Source of the DNA: Tubiluchus corallicola
Lineage: Eukaryota > Animalia > Priapulida
DNA: 64,000 bases
Reading direction: 5' to 3'
NCBI GenBank assembly: GCA_030141605.1
Contig: JAQGDQ010000745.1
Span: 1-64,000, forward strand
Made by a program: the position numbers and the translations under genes
The notes under the pieces: model-generated
Told to the model about the DNA's origin: nothing
Database searches by the model: none
Seen by the model: only the letters and a program-made list of their open reading frames with translations
Part shown: positions 50,146-62,700 of the stretch, one piece after another
Layout: the number at the start of each line of letters is the position of its first letter
How positions within the stretch are numbered: position 1 is the stretch's first letter

Positions 50146-53100
50146 CTACTCAAGCCTTACTAGAAGGCCATACAGAGCAGTTGCTCCCCTTTCTTTTGTA
50201 AACCACTCGATTTCATTGTTGCTGAAATGCGGATCGATCGCGTGGTTGACTCCAATCGATTGAGGTCCAACTCGGTAACAGCCGGGCCGTACGCACACTT
50301 GGAATGCGACTCTAACCTGAGTCTGTTTCTTCGAGTCGATGTCGGTCCACTCCTGTCGAGTCGCAAACAAATCGTTATCGATATAACGAATGGATGGAGA
50401 CAAAAATATCTGACTGATGTCCTCTTTGCTTTTGTATTTTCCGCGAGAAGCGTATGGAGTGAGCGCCTTTCCGCCTAAAGCCACGTCGCCCGGAAGAAGT
50501 AATTCTCCGTGGTCGAGTATTTTTCTGATGGCGGCGATGCGCGTACCATGAAACGCAACATGCCAATTTTCACTTGCATTAATGTTTTCAAATCGCGGGG
50601 CAATCCGCAGGCCAAACCGGCACCAGCCAAAAGGAACCGTGTAGTCTTTAGGCGGGTCTCCTCCTTTGATGCACCGACTGTCTTCTTGGATGCTATAACA
50701 TTTTTCGCAGAAACACACATTCTTTTCCGGACAGAAATACACAGCGGGTAAGCCAAGAAGATCAACAAAGACCGAGCAGGCTTTCATATAATCACAGTTT
50801 TCCACTGGCCTTGCTTCAATGGTTCGTTGAGGTGTAACTTTCTCCGTCTTGTTACTCTCGATGTCTGCCTTTTCCTTGTCCTCTCCTTGCTGAGAAGTCG
50901 AAGAACTGCTATCGTCAGACGCCGCGTCATTTGTCACAATGCTCACCTGATTGCAACGACCATAGAGATCGACTAGGACAAAACACAACCCCGGCAAATC
51001 CGTCGCAGCCACGCCTCGGTCCACACCATTCACGTACATGTGCAGACTGTTATGGTAATCGATTAGCAACCCTACCCTACCGCTTGTTAAAGTATCTAAA
51101 TCTGGCCCATAGCACTCTTTTATCTTTGCCTTATTATGAAAAACAGATTGGCCCTGTATGATCCACACGGCTCCTTCCATCGAGACTGCATTACTGGGAA
51201 AGACAATTTTGTCCAAATGTGTACCGACAATGCCAACGCGCAGTCCGGAAGACCATCTGGAGTTTGACTGGTTAATCTCAATTTCAAACAACTGCTGTCT
51301 CACAAGCGGCTGATTGCAGACAGCTATAGCTTGATCATATCCGGCCTTTCTCGTAGCCGTGCGATTGCGATTGGACAGATTGATGTTCCGTCCGTGTCTA
51401 TTGTGAAAGACGTGCGAAATCGGCGCTTTCGTGTCGACGTCTCCATCTTCGTCGAACGCCTCTCGGTTCAGAAAGTGCACAAGTGGCGCACGAGGACTCA
51501 CAAGAGGAACTTCAGCTATGGAGTTGCTTACGATGCTGATGCCGTCAACCGTGCCGTAAACATCAACAAGGGCGTGCACTTTCTTCGGTATATGCGTAGC
51601 TGCAACTCCCATGTCTTCACTGTTTACGAACAAGTGCAGCGTGCCGTCCGAGCATACCATAACTCCAACTTTCGTGCCGACTTCAACGCGATGTAAAGAA
51701 GGGACAAAGTTTTCCTTGAGAACCACATTGTTTCGCAAAACGCTCGAGCCGCTTATTAGCCAGGTAACTTTTGATTTGTTATCTGCAAACTCTTTAGCAG
51801 ATGCGGGCAGACTAGAATTAGGCATGTTGTCGTGAATGGTGAACGTCGTCACACCAATTTCTAGTGAACCTGAGTACAGTTGAGTCATTGAGTCCACTTG
51901 TATTTCGAATAGCTCATCCAATTTCATAGGATGAGAGCTGAAAACCAAACCACAATTATAGTTTTTCTGCCTCACAGCAGAACATGCCCCATTTTTCAGG
52001 AGTATGTTTTTCCCGGTACACATGCACAGACGATGAGTAATTTCAGCTGTGAGACGCGCTGGTGACACGTCAGTTTGCATGAGCTCCAGCACGTGATTCT
52101 GTGGTTGCACCGGTTTACTGTTCTGATTTAGAATCGTAACTTGAGCACACTGCCCGTACAAATCTATCACAGCATACACACCTTTAATATCACCTTTACC
52201 GGGAGGAACATCTGTACAGGCAACCCCCATATCAGCGCCGTTCACGTAAAAGTGCAGAGTACCGTCTGCCAAACGGCTCATGCCGATGCGGGATCCGACC
52301 ATCAAAGTGTCCAGATCGCAGGCGTAACCATTGCGAATGGTTGTTCCATCTTGCATGATGGCCGACCCGCTCAGCATCCAAGTTTCATAATCTATGTCGG
52401 TCATCGTGTTAGGAAACTCTAGCTGATCCGGTCTGATCGTCGTTACTCCGGCCTCTATAGACCCCGACCAACGCTCCACCATTTTTTCGATAACCACCTC
52501 GAACATTTCGCCATCTTTTAGCGGTCGCTTGGACGTGACGATGGCATCGTTGAATTCGCCGTGAGCATTTGGCCGGGAGGCCGTTAATCCATTGTTAGTG
52601 ATTGTTGCATTACGACCATGAAGATGGTGGAACTGCAGTGGCTCTTCCTCTTCCTCTGCGACCGCTTCGTCATTAGCATCAGCAGTTTGATCTACGTCTT
52701 CTATTGTTGACACGGGTATCAGGGATGTTGCCGAATGATCAACAATATGAGCTTTTGCTGCCTGGCCATATAAGTCTATCACTCCGTAGACATTCTCCGG
52801 CACGTCTGTGGCAGCGCATCCCTGATCGACGGAATTTACGTAAAAATGCACGTTTCCGTTGTTCTTTCTCAACACGCCGACGGTGTCGCCACATTTTAGA
52901 CGATCGAGATTTTGGCCGTATTCTTCCAGCACGGTCGTACCGTTGTGCATGACGCCGTTGCCGGTCATCATCCACGTTCCGCTGCGAATGTTCGTCATGG
53001 TGGCGGGGAAGTCCAGATCTAGCGGCAAATGAGTCGTTACACCAATTTCGATGGAACCGGCCCATTTATCTATGATCTGATCGACGGCAATTTCAAACAT

Positions 53101-54498
53101 TTCGTTGACACGCAGTGGCCTGTTAGTTAACACGACCGCGTTGTTAAAGTCCACGGTGGCATTGGGACGTATGGCAGCTCTACCGCCCTCTACGACCCGA
53201 GCATGAGAACCGCAGTGAGGATGAAAAAGCAAGGCGTCCGCTTCCGAATCTAGAGCGGCGAAAGACGGCAGGTTGGACGTGCAGTCGCTCATCTGCGTGT
53301 ACATTTGCGTCAGCTGCTGAAACAGCGTGTGCGCCCTGTTCTCAAAGATGGCTCCCAGGCTCTGCTGTAGGCTGGTGCGGCGGTCACTTTCCTGCGCAGT
53401 TAGCGTGACCTTCACGGCCATGCCGTAAAGGTCGACAACCGCAAAGACCACGCTCGGAACTCGGCTGGCAGCTATGCCCTGGTCGACACCGTTGATGTAA
53501 TAGTGAAGATTACCGTTTGTCTTGCGTATCATTCCGATCCTGTCTCCCTCCATCAGCTCGTCGAGATTATAGTCTCCGTATTCCCTCCGCGTTCCTTTGC
53601 CGTTCGTCAGGATTCCGCAGCCGCTCATCATAATCGTTCCCGATCTCATGTTCGTCATGGTGGCGGGGAACTCCATCGTGTTCGGATTGTGGGTGGTTAT
53701 CCCGACTTCTATGGACCCGGACCACTTATCTACTAGCCTGTCCAATGTTATTTCGAACATTTCGTTGTCGTGGAGAGGTCTGTTAGACATGATGACACCG
53801 TTGTTAAATTCGTCGAGAGGTCGCCGTCGTTCGGCCGTTCTATTCCCGCTGGATAGCCTAATTAACGAGCCGCACCTTTCATGAAATTGCAACCTGTCTT
53901 CTTCGTCGCTGTCATCATTACAATTATTTTCCTTTGTATGCCCATTATTCATGGCAACTAAACTTTCGTTAATTGCCTCGTTTGCTATGATTCTTGTTTC
54001 TACGCTCTCTGTAATTGTCACTTGCACGCACTTTCCATACATGTCGACGATGACAAATACTTTTTCTGGAATGCCTCTCGTGGCTTCTCCGTAATCGGTT
54101 CCGTTCACGAAGAAATGCAGCGCTCCTCTGGTCGTGCGCATGACACCGACTTTGTCGCCCTCGCAAAGCCGGTCCAAATCGAAGCCGTATTCGTCGACGA
54201 TCGACCGCCCGTTCATGAGTATGCAGTTGCCGGAAAGCACCCAGGTGCCTTCGCGAAAGTCCGTGGCGCTAGCCGGAAACTGAAGGTTGTTTGGATCGCA
54301 CGTCGTGACGCCAATCTCGATGGAGCCGCTCCACGAATTGATCTTTTTGTCCACTCTCACCTCGAACAGCTGATTGTCCTGCAGCACGTCTCTGCTCATG
54401 ACCACCCCGTTGTTGAACTCTTGCGTGGGGTGGTTGCGATATGCGGTCTTATTGTTGTTGCTCAGAGAGACGAGTATACCGCATTTGGTGTGGAACAT
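50146..54498 (-). CDS. NEURL4: Neuralized-like protein 4, intronless CDS, about 1450 aa
   Basis: Six NHR repeats (FHxxxG...FNNGVVxSxRPL...WSGSIEIGVT...YGVIDLYG) and the C-terminal Cys-rich plus ART-like region (FHGT...LSPSIRY...EIEWF). The first true ATG is at 54498 (GCCATG); the ORF-track start is a GTG. Strong acceptor at 54578 suggests a 5'UTR intron. Confidence 0.93.
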   Translation of the reverse strand: MFHTKCGILVSLSNNNKTAYRNHPTQEFNNGVVMSRDVLQDNQLFEVRVDKKINSWSGSIEIGVTTCDPNNLQFPASATDFREGTWVLSGNCILMNGRSIVDEYGFDLDRLCEGDKVGVMRTTRGALHFFVNGTDYGEATRGIPEKVFVIVDMYGKCVQVTITESVETRIIANEAINESLVAMNNGHTKENNCNDDSDEEDRLQFHERCGSLIRLSSGNRTAERRRPLDEFNNGVIMSNRPLHDNEMFEITLDRLVDKWSGSIEVGITTHNPNTMEFPATMTNMRSGTIMMSGCGILTNGKGTRREYGDYNLDELMEGDRIGMIRKTNGNLHYYINGVDQGIAASRVPSVVFAVVDLYGMAVKVTLTAQESDRRTSLQQSLGAIFENRAHTLFQQLTQMYTQMSDCTSNLPSFAALDSEADALLFHPHCGSHARVVEGGRAAIRPNATVDFNNAVVLTNRPLRVNEMFEIAVDQIIDKWAGSIEIGVTTHLPLDLDFPATMTNIRSGTWMMTGNGVMHNGTTVLEEYGQNLDRLKCGDTVGVLRKNNGNVHFYVNSVDQGCAATDVPENVYGVIDLYGQAAKAHIVDHSATSLIPVSTIEDVDQTADANDEAVAEEEEEPLQFHHLHGRNATITNNGLTASRPNAHGEFNDAIVTSKRPLKDGEMFEVVIEKMVERWSGSIEAGVTTIRPDQLEFPNTMTDIDYETWMLSGSAIMQDGTTIRNGYACDLDTLMVGSRIGMSRLADGTLHFYVNGADMGVACTDVPPGKGDIKGVYAVIDLYGQCAQVTILNQNSKPVQPQNHVLELMQTDVSPARLTAEITHRLCMCTGKNILLKNGACSAVRQKNYNCGLVFSSHPMKLDELFEIQVDSMTQLYSGSLEIGVTTFTIHDNMPNSSLPASAKEFADNKSKVTWLISGSSVLRNNVVLKENFVPSLHRVEVGTKVGVMVCSDGTLHLFVNSEDMGVAATHIPKKVHALVDVYGTVDGISIVSNSIAEVPLVSPRAPLVHFLNREAFDEDGDVDTKAPISHVFHNRHGRNINLSNRNRTATRKAGYDQAIAVCNQPLVRQQLFEIEINQSNSRWSSGLRVGIVGTHLDKIVFPSNAVSMEGAVWIIQGQSVFHNKAKIKECYGPDLDTLTSGRVGLLIDYHNSLHMYVNGVDRGVAATDLPGLCFVLVDLYGRCNQVSIVTNDAASDDSSSSTSQQGEDKEKADIESNKTEKVTPQRTIEARPVENCDYMKACSVFVDLLGLPAVYFCPEKNVCFCEKCYSIQEDSRCIKGGDPPKDYTVPFGWCRFGLRIAPRFENINASENWHVAFHGTRIAAIRKILDHGELLLPGDVALGGKALTPYASRGKYKSKEDISQIFLSPSIRYIDNDLFATRQEWTDIDSKKQTQVRVAFQVCVRPGCYRVGPQSIGVNHAIDPHFSNNEIEWFTKERGATALYGLLVRLE

Positions 54499-56160
54499 GG
54501 CGTCTAAATTGAGAGACACTCTAAAGCGGATGATTTCTTTATCTACTCATAGTAATGCACTTTGCTAATCACAGACCCTAAAAGTAAAAAAGGACAATAA
54601 ATTACTTCTATTACTTCTATGTCAAAACAACCTACTCTTTAAAATATTGAAAGGAAACATGCTATGGAAATAATCAATAATATTTGCGTCATCAGCAGAC
54701 TTTGTCAGACGGTGCCATTTCCAAGAATTCTTATTATCCGCTATGATGTACGGTAGTTGATTATTTCCTTGCCTCGCCCACACTGCAAAGTCACTTACAA
54801 TGCTTGGTCTGAGCCAAGAAAAAGTGAAACAAAATTTTATACCGATTTTTAATCGAAAATTAGGGGTGTGTGTTATACACGTGCGCGCGTTATACTCGAA
54901 TAAATACGGTAATTGTGTTAAAATGTATATGTTTTATCAGACTTGAAAATGGGGTAGTGCATGAAAAATCATCCCATCTTCCTTTAACTCCAGAAAATTG
55001 AACCGAGCACATATAAAAAAGGCGGAACATGTAAATTGAAACTCCCTGGAATAACAATTAGCCACAGCTATTTTTTACCGTAAGTCATTTGAAACAGGTT
55101 TATAGAACATTGAGTAAAGTTTGAAAAAATAATCAGTGCATTTGTAGCACACATGTCACTAACTAAGCAAAAGTTTAAAGGACAACAAAAGAGGTACCTG
55201 AAGTAGGTTTCAAAAAAAATCACCTTAAAAAATTATATTACGTTACAGCAGTTTCATGCGTATATCGTACTCACGTTAAAAGGAATTTTTGTTACTTTTC
55301 ATTTTAAATCTCCGGCAATACTGTTCCAACCGCGCCATTACATGACGTGAATCAGGGGAAGAAAAGGAAATTTTAAACTTTCCCAAATGTCCCAAAAAAC
55401 TTGCAAATCTATATTAGCTAACATTTCGCTTTACTGCTGGAAAGACGTATGTAACTAGAAATAATAATTTATAATGTTCTTGCCAATTGATGAAATGTCG
55501 CTGACTCACCCTCCAGGGTGCGCTCCTCACTAACCAAAAAATTATTGGCAAGATACAGTAATTTAAATTTTACTTAATTAGCAACATGTATGCTACGAAT
55601 GCTTTGATTATTTTTTCAAACTTTACTCAATGTTATCAAAACTTGTTTCAAACGACCTGCCATTAAAATGGCTGCACATAATGCTCATCGCGGGAGTTTA
55701 AATTTACACGTTTTATACAGCGTTACTGTCGACGCAAGCCCTGCATAGGAAAGGTAGTACGTAATAGTGAAATGTTTAGTGAGGTGCTTTATATCTTGAA
55801 CATAAGCGAGCAAAAAAATAGGAATTCAAATTATATCTATGCATGTATACACTAACCAAGATTAAACTGATGTAAATGTACTCCAAGGGAAAACTCCGAG
55901 TTCTGAGCTCATGGAGTTGCATTGTTCACAGATTTTCAGGAGGGCATTTGCGGCCCTACAGGTCCTGAAAATAAACAGATAATAAACACTTTGAAAGTGC
56001 AATTATAATCACATTTAGCAGCCCATTCTCGGAAAATCTAACAAAATGAGTACGCAAAAACTTGAAAAAAATAGCTGTTTTTACAATTATGAATTTATTC
56101 CACAGCAACACAAACACACATGCAAGTTGATATTACATTGCAAAAAAAGTAAATAAACTA

Positions 56161-56615
56161 CCGTATTTTCCCGTGTATAAGAGACCCTTGTGTATAAGAG
56201 ACCCCTTCAATTTTTAGGCAAAAATTCTGGAAAAAAGTTTTTTCAGACGGACATTTTTAGAGGGTAGAGTACAACTTTTTTCAACTCAGTGCGGTACTGA
56301 AAACAAAATAAAACCAGTTAACGTGTTGTAGAAAAAGAGTACTGGTATATATTAAAGTGCGTACCTATAAACCTGTAACAGGAAAAGAGAAAACGCGGAG
56401 ATAATGCCTGTGTCATGATGCTTGTATTGCTTACAACCGCTTCATAGTCGAACGCGACACGCAAAACAGTTGTAGAGCACTTATTTCTTTAAAATCATTA
56501 GTGTCACAATTTATGCATCTTATTGAAAAGACTTACTCCCATGTATAAGAGACCCCCTATTTTTAAAGTGAAAATTCTGAGCAAAAAAGGGTCTCTTATA
56601 CACGGGAAAATACGG
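56161..56615. mobile_element. Tc1/mariner-type MITE
   Basis: TA-CCGTATTTTCCCGTGTATAAGAGACCC ... GGGTCTCTTATACACGGGAAAATACGG-TA; perfect ~27-bp TIRs. Confidence 0.82.
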
Positions 56616-58171
56616 TATGCGTGTTACTGTGAGGAGGAGGAACGAGCATTGAGCTTTCGAGTCCTCCTCCAGATAAGTGAAACAATTGACAATTAACATT
56701 ACATTTTCATCAGCTATAACGTACATTAGAACAAAATAAGTTTTGTTAGTAACTTAAGATCAGAATGAGTAATATCTATATAATAATCTTTATTTGCCAT
56801 TAAAATACATTAATAATCACTGATAAAAACTTCACAGAGATGATCAATCAGTGGAACTGGGAGCCTGCCATAGCAAAATTTTATTTTAACATGAATCGCT
56901 GAAAAATACGTTTGGAAAAATATCGGTTCACTGTGATTATTTTTGCAACCCTTTCCAATTTGCCTTACTTTCCACCCCATTTTCCCTGACTTTTTACCAA
57001 ATTATTTGTTTCCTTGACTTTTCCACGACTTTCCAGGGCAGTCTGTATTTTCATGGATTTTCCAGGATTTTTCCCTGACGTTGTGGCACTGAACAAAACA
57101 GCTATACACGTCTGCACATAAATAGTAGAGGATTCTTTCTACTATTTGTTTGCAAGTGAAAATCAGACGCGTAATTTTTCCCAATATTTTCGTGTCTCTT
57201 TATAATACCAGTAACAGTGTGCCGGTAACGAAAGGGGTAAGATTATTGCTTTGCTAGTATTAATACAGATACGGTAGGTTAACTTTGGTTTTATACAGTT
57301 TGGCACTTTGTAGTCCAAAAATATTAATCGAAGACTCACCATAAGAAATTAAAAATTTCACTATTTTAATGAACAATAAATAATAAGCTAGGCTCAAGCC
57401 GCTAAAAGTATTTTTACTTTCTTAATAAACTAGCAATTTACTTTACAGAAACAAGCACAACCACAATAATTATTTTTTCTAGTCACGAACAAGAGAGCAG
57501 TTTACATCAGTTGCAAAATTTAGTTCCCTAGTGCGACGACAGAGAGCAGCATAATTTTTGTCAGATGATTAGTGATTGATTGATCGGAGGCTACAAATAA
57601 TTTGTGTACGTTTCTGCCTTTTGCATTTACTTTATATTTATGTGGTTTTAGGACTAGAAGAATTTACGCTCTTAGCTGTAGATAGAACTGGGTGGGTTTG
57701 TTCTCATCAATGGTAATTCCTCAAGTCTACAACTTGCGGAATGAGACTTTGATGTTGGTGATTCTTGTGACAAGCAGCATACAACCACGTTGAACGTAGT
57801 AATTATTATTGATAATACTCCAATACAAGATGTTTACCAAAACAAATTTTTGGGAGTCATATTAGACAAAAATTTTAGTTGGCTAAATAGTGCAATTATT
57901 ATAATGTTTTTGCTTCCCGCTTGATTACATACTAAATTCTTGCCGTTGGTCACGCCTGAGTTTAAACTTTTTGCCGGGAATTTTGTCTCTAACCCGTTGC
58001 TGTAACAACTAGATTAGTTCAACATGAAATTGTCTCAAGGTCACTCCATGCAGAGCTTGGCTTTCACTACTCAGTATTTAACATGCAGTGTTTAAACGGG
58101 GGAGGAGAAATTGCTAGCAAGTCTAGGTAGGCACTGGTAAGAAAGATAGGTGGTTTCAAGCAAACAGAAAG

Positions 58172-58545
58172 TTTTGTTGTTGTTGCTGCTGCTGTTTTGT
58201 TGTTGTTGCTGTTACTCTTGTCTTTGTAGTTGCTGCTCTTGTTGTTGTTATTGTCGTTGTTGTTGCTGCTGCTGTTGTTGTTGTTATTGCTGCTGTTGAT
58301 GTTGTTGTTGTTGCTGCTGCTTTTGTTGTTGTTGTCATTGTTGTTTTTGCTGCTGTTGATGTTGTTGTTGTTGCTGCTGCTTTTGTTATTGTTGTTGCTA
58401 CTCATTTCTTTCCTTTGTTGTTGTTATTGCTGCTGTTGATGTTGCTGCTGCTGCTGCTGTTTTATTGTTGTTGTTGTTGTTGTTGTTGCGACTCTTGTCT
58501 TTGCTGTTGCTATTGCCATTGTTGCTGCTGCTGTTGTTGTTGATG
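58172..58545. repeat. (GTT/GCT)n microsatellite
   Basis: Read directly; similar tract at 63735-64000. Confidence 0.9.
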
Positions 58546-58915
58546 TTAATCAGTAGAAATATGAATAAAACTCATAAAATGTTTAATTTATATGGTTTAA
58601 GCAGCATAGATCCATTGATTTTTGGTTCTGCAACCTATCTCAATTCGTTCACATTACTTCCTATGGAACTTTTGGTTTCGTTTAACATCATTTCGCTTAG
58701 CGTCGCGTTTTGCCGGAACGCATTAGCGTCGTTAAGCGAGAACTTACTTTACCATTATATGTACCAAAAAATTAAATTTTGCAGATGGGGACTGTGGGAA
58801 AGGGCTGACCGTTGGGGAGTGGGCACTAAAAACAATCTTGCCTAGGGTGTCAACCTACGTAGTGCCGGCCCTGCGAGTTCAGAAGTTTTCACTTTTCCGT
58901 TTTTTCATTTTTCAG

Positions 58916-59039
58916 ACATGCGAATACTGGCTTGACCATGATAAAAACTGAAGGCATCGTTCAAACTTTGGAAGGAAATCAGAATGAAAGGTCTTGTAAT
59001 GTCATCGTACAAACGTCTGAAGCTACACATGGGATACAG
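58916..59039 (+). CDS. Putative exon of a C2H2 zinc-finger gene (HANTGLTMIKTEG...THGIQ)
   Basis: Long pyrimidine tract plus TTCAG acceptor, CAG|GTAATG donor; open frame ending in phase 0, compatible with the next exon. The start could be the internal ACCATG. Confidence 0.5.
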
Positions 59040-59399
59040 GTAATGATAGCTTTTCTTATTTGTCAGTATGAACAAAGATAAGATAATATAAGATAAGATA
59101 AGATAAGATAAGATAATATTTATTTTCATCAGTATGATATAAACAGTACATATTTGTAAAACATGAGCTTAAAGCTCGTAAACCGATATCAAACAATGTA
59201 TATGAGCGATAACATGGTAATAATATGTACTTCTTAAAATCTTTGGATGCCACCAGAGGTATTGGTACAAGAAAAATTTATAACTACATAAAGACAGTAA
59301 AAATTTGAGACAGTAAAATTTTAGGCAGTAACATTTTCTAAAATACACAAAAAGCTATCTAGGTCAATAAAAATTTTTCCTGCCAACATTTCAGCATTT

Positions 59400-59710
59400 A
59401 ATTACGACTTAACTTAACATTTACATGATACACCAGTCCATGAGTTAATTAGACGTTTAAATTCCCCAAGATTTTCGGCCATTTGGAGACAGTTTGGTAA
59501 TTCAGTGTGGCTCCATAATAGGAGAAACTTTTCTTGCCACGTGTAACACCATCACATGTAGGGTGTTCTGCAGTGTTCATTTTTCTGAGGAAGTAGCGGT
59601 TTTGCTTTCGTTCCTCTATCAGTCCATAGAGATAGGACGGGCAGTTTTTGGACAGAATCTTGAATACTTCCACAACAATGAGACGTTGTCTCTGCAGTTG
59701 AAGAGACATA
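59400..59710 (-). mobile_element. CR1/L2-group LINE 3' fragment
   Basis: Peptide SLQLQRQRLIVVEVFKIL..CPSYL...GKKSFSYYGATL resembles the ORF2 C-terminus of CR1-group LINEs. Confidence 0.5.
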
Positions 59711-61698
59711 AATTCATTGAATTGATTGATTACCTTGATTGATTGATTTTAGGACAAAGTCCATATTACAATACAGTACTAATCATAGTTAACAAACAAA
59801 CATGATACTTCATTCCCATTATTGAACATTATCTTATTATAAACTAACACATTCGTATAATAATTCATCTTTCATTCGTCTGAAATTCAAAATCTGAAAA
59901 TTTTTTATTACATGGTACATGCGCATTAATTAATTACATTAGTAACAATTCTGAGAGGGTTGCTGACCTCGATAACTTATAGTTCTTTCGCCACCCTTTC
60001 GCCACTAATCAATAATTACTTTTGCACTTTGTAATATTATTGTACTAGCAAAGGCCCCGCAAAGAATTGTGCGTATAAATACACTCATAATAAATAAAAC
60101 GCGAACATCCCACCTAGTGTTCGTTTATTTTCCTAACGCAAAGCCAGCAGCTTTTACTGAATTAAAGTTATAAGGTTACAGACAGAGTATAATGGATGAC
60201 GTCAGAACAATGGCATTGTGTCAGCAGTTTTCCAAGCGAAAATTGCCGAAAATGGAAAATCTAATTAACTCGTCGGTACTCCTTTTGGTGGACCTGCCCT
60301 AAAGTGCAGTCCACATCATCATGTAGCCCCGTTCTTCCTCTTTCTAAAGAGCCGTATATCTCCTTTCGAAAGTCCCACCAGGCGTTGCCAGAATTTTTTC
60401 TGCATGCTGTTTGGTCAAAATTTCGAAAAAATCGCGAGTTGGGTCCGGGAAAACGCCCGTTACGCGAATTCTAAATATGCCTACTACACCCTCCGCTGAA
60501 CGGGCTATCTATCCATGGCCAGCACCACCCTCGGCCCATTCCCGTTCTCCAGATCTCAGACGTATAAGATATATATATATATATTATGCCCATACCAGTA
60601 GAATTAATATATACGACGTTGACTTACTTACACTATAAATCAATACAGCAATTGTCAATTAATAGTTTCTGATAATTACAGCCAACCTCGGACATAAGAG
60701 ACCTTTCTGCGCGAATATTTCCACATGTCAGCAGAAAAGCTGGAGTTATGCTGCCTCGTGACATTCTAATTCTCGTGACCTGATGACATTCTAATTTTGC
60801 GATTCTACACACTTGGAAATAATTATATTATCCCGCGTGCTGAAACTTTCCAGTTTAAACACGCACATGGAAAGCGCGCCTAAGACAAAGGCATGACAGT
60901 CGGACAGTCAAATGTTAAAGCAAAATCGGACCCGATCTTAAACTGTAGGTCAAAACAATCTAATCTTTAAAATATTGAAAGGAATCAAACTATTTTTTCA
61001 AAAATGACTTGCATGAAAGAATTATTACCACACAAGCAATTTCGCATTTGCACCACTAGTTCTTCGCTGTTACATGCATTTCGCCACTAGCACCTGCATT
61101 TTGGAGATGTGTTGCACAAAAAACAGGTGCTGCACCTCTCAATTCTGAGGTGTTTGTTTGTAACGTACTGGACACGTTTGACAGCTCATGTGTGAGCACA
61201 GCGGTAAATTTGAAATTTGAATTTTCATCTTAAAACTTGCCTAGTTTTAGTACAACACATCTCAGTGTAGCAATATCTCACTGTAGCAATGTACTTCAAT
61301 TTTCGCTTTTGCAAACACGTGCAACACGCTCGCAGAATGTTTTTGCTGTTGGACATTATGTTGGTTTGTGATGTCATTAATAGGTTGGCTCTCACACCAT
61401 TAATTCAGATTTTAATCTCTTATTTAATTATTAGAAACGCTTTTGCGGCATTATTGCTGTTAAAATGAATAGTTTTTACCGTACTTCAAAAGAATATGAA
61501 AAATCATCCTGTCTTCCTTTGTCCCACATTCGTGTAGGCTTTTGTTCTGCTAGGACGCGTTATGCATTACAAAACATGATTATGTTAATACGTGTTGCAG
61601 TTTAGTTTAGACATAATTTATTTAGGATTGGATCAGACAGTTTGAACAACATGATCTAGGATCCTCACCACAACAGACTTTATACACTATTTACAAGA

Positions 61699-62200
61699 AC
61701 ATTTACAGTAAGAATTGACTATAACTACACAAGCTGACAAGTTTTACTACAAGATTACATTATACATTAGTAACATTTACAGTAAGAATTGACTATAAAT
61801 ACACAAGCTAACAAGTTTTACTACAAGATTACATTATACATTAGTAACATTTACAGTAAGAATTGACTATAACTACACAAGCTAACAAGTTTTACTACAA
61901 GATTACATTATACATTAGTAACATTTACAGTAAGAATTGACTATGACTACACAAGCTGACAAGTTTTACTACAAGATTACATTAGACATTAGTAACATTT
62001 ACAGTAAGAATTGACTATAACTACACAAGCTGACAAGTTTTACTACAAGATTACATTATACATTAGTAACATTTACAGTGAGAATTGACTATAACTACAC
62101 AAGCTAACAAGTTTTACTACAAGATTACATTAGACATTAGTAACATTTACAGTTAGAATTGACTATAACTACACAAGCTGACAAGTTTTACTACAAGAAC
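61699..62200. repeat. 74-bp minisatellite, about 7 copies
   Basis: ACATTTACAG recurs at 61699, 61773, 61847, 61921 and onward. Confidence 0.92.
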
Positions 62201-62258
62201 ATTAGTAGAAAATGACGGTTAAAAAATATTAATGTACGAATATTTAATCGTGTTACAG

Positions 62259-62408
62259 TTTACTGGTCAAGACCTTGGCAAATGTTCGCAAGAATACGCT
62301 GCGTTCATACAAGATTCGGTTCACCAAGATGTGGAACAGTTCGGAGTTGAGCAGTCTACCGTACTCAAGCCTGCTGCCGTACCCGAATTAACCGAAGAAT
62401 CATTCGTG
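62259..62408 (+). CDS. Putative exon of a C2H2 zinc-finger gene (FTGQDLGKCS...EESFV)
   Basis: TTACAG acceptor and GTGAGT donor; 150 nt; only the phase-0 frame is open. Confidence 0.55.
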
Positions 62409-62662
62409 GTGAGTGAGTTAAAACGGCAACCATTTGTAATGCTCATTCTTTCTTAACAAATGATTCTGGCATGTGCTTTGTACAATAAATGCATTGTTTA
62501 AGTTTTTATAAATGCTTGTGCTGCCATCTGCTGAAATTATTTTTGAAAGTTATAGAAATTGGTTTGTCTTTATATAAATGTTTTGCCATTTATTATATTA
62601 CTAATGTATACTTTATAAGGAATTTTATCATTCATATATAATTCCTTAATAATATATAATTT

Positions 62663-62700
<38 letters not shown>

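Noticed and set aside
50227-54568. Numerous antisense and alternative-frame ORFs over NEURL4 (and similarly over aftiphilin)
   Set aside because: Expected shadows of long GC-balanced coding sequence, with no independent motifs.
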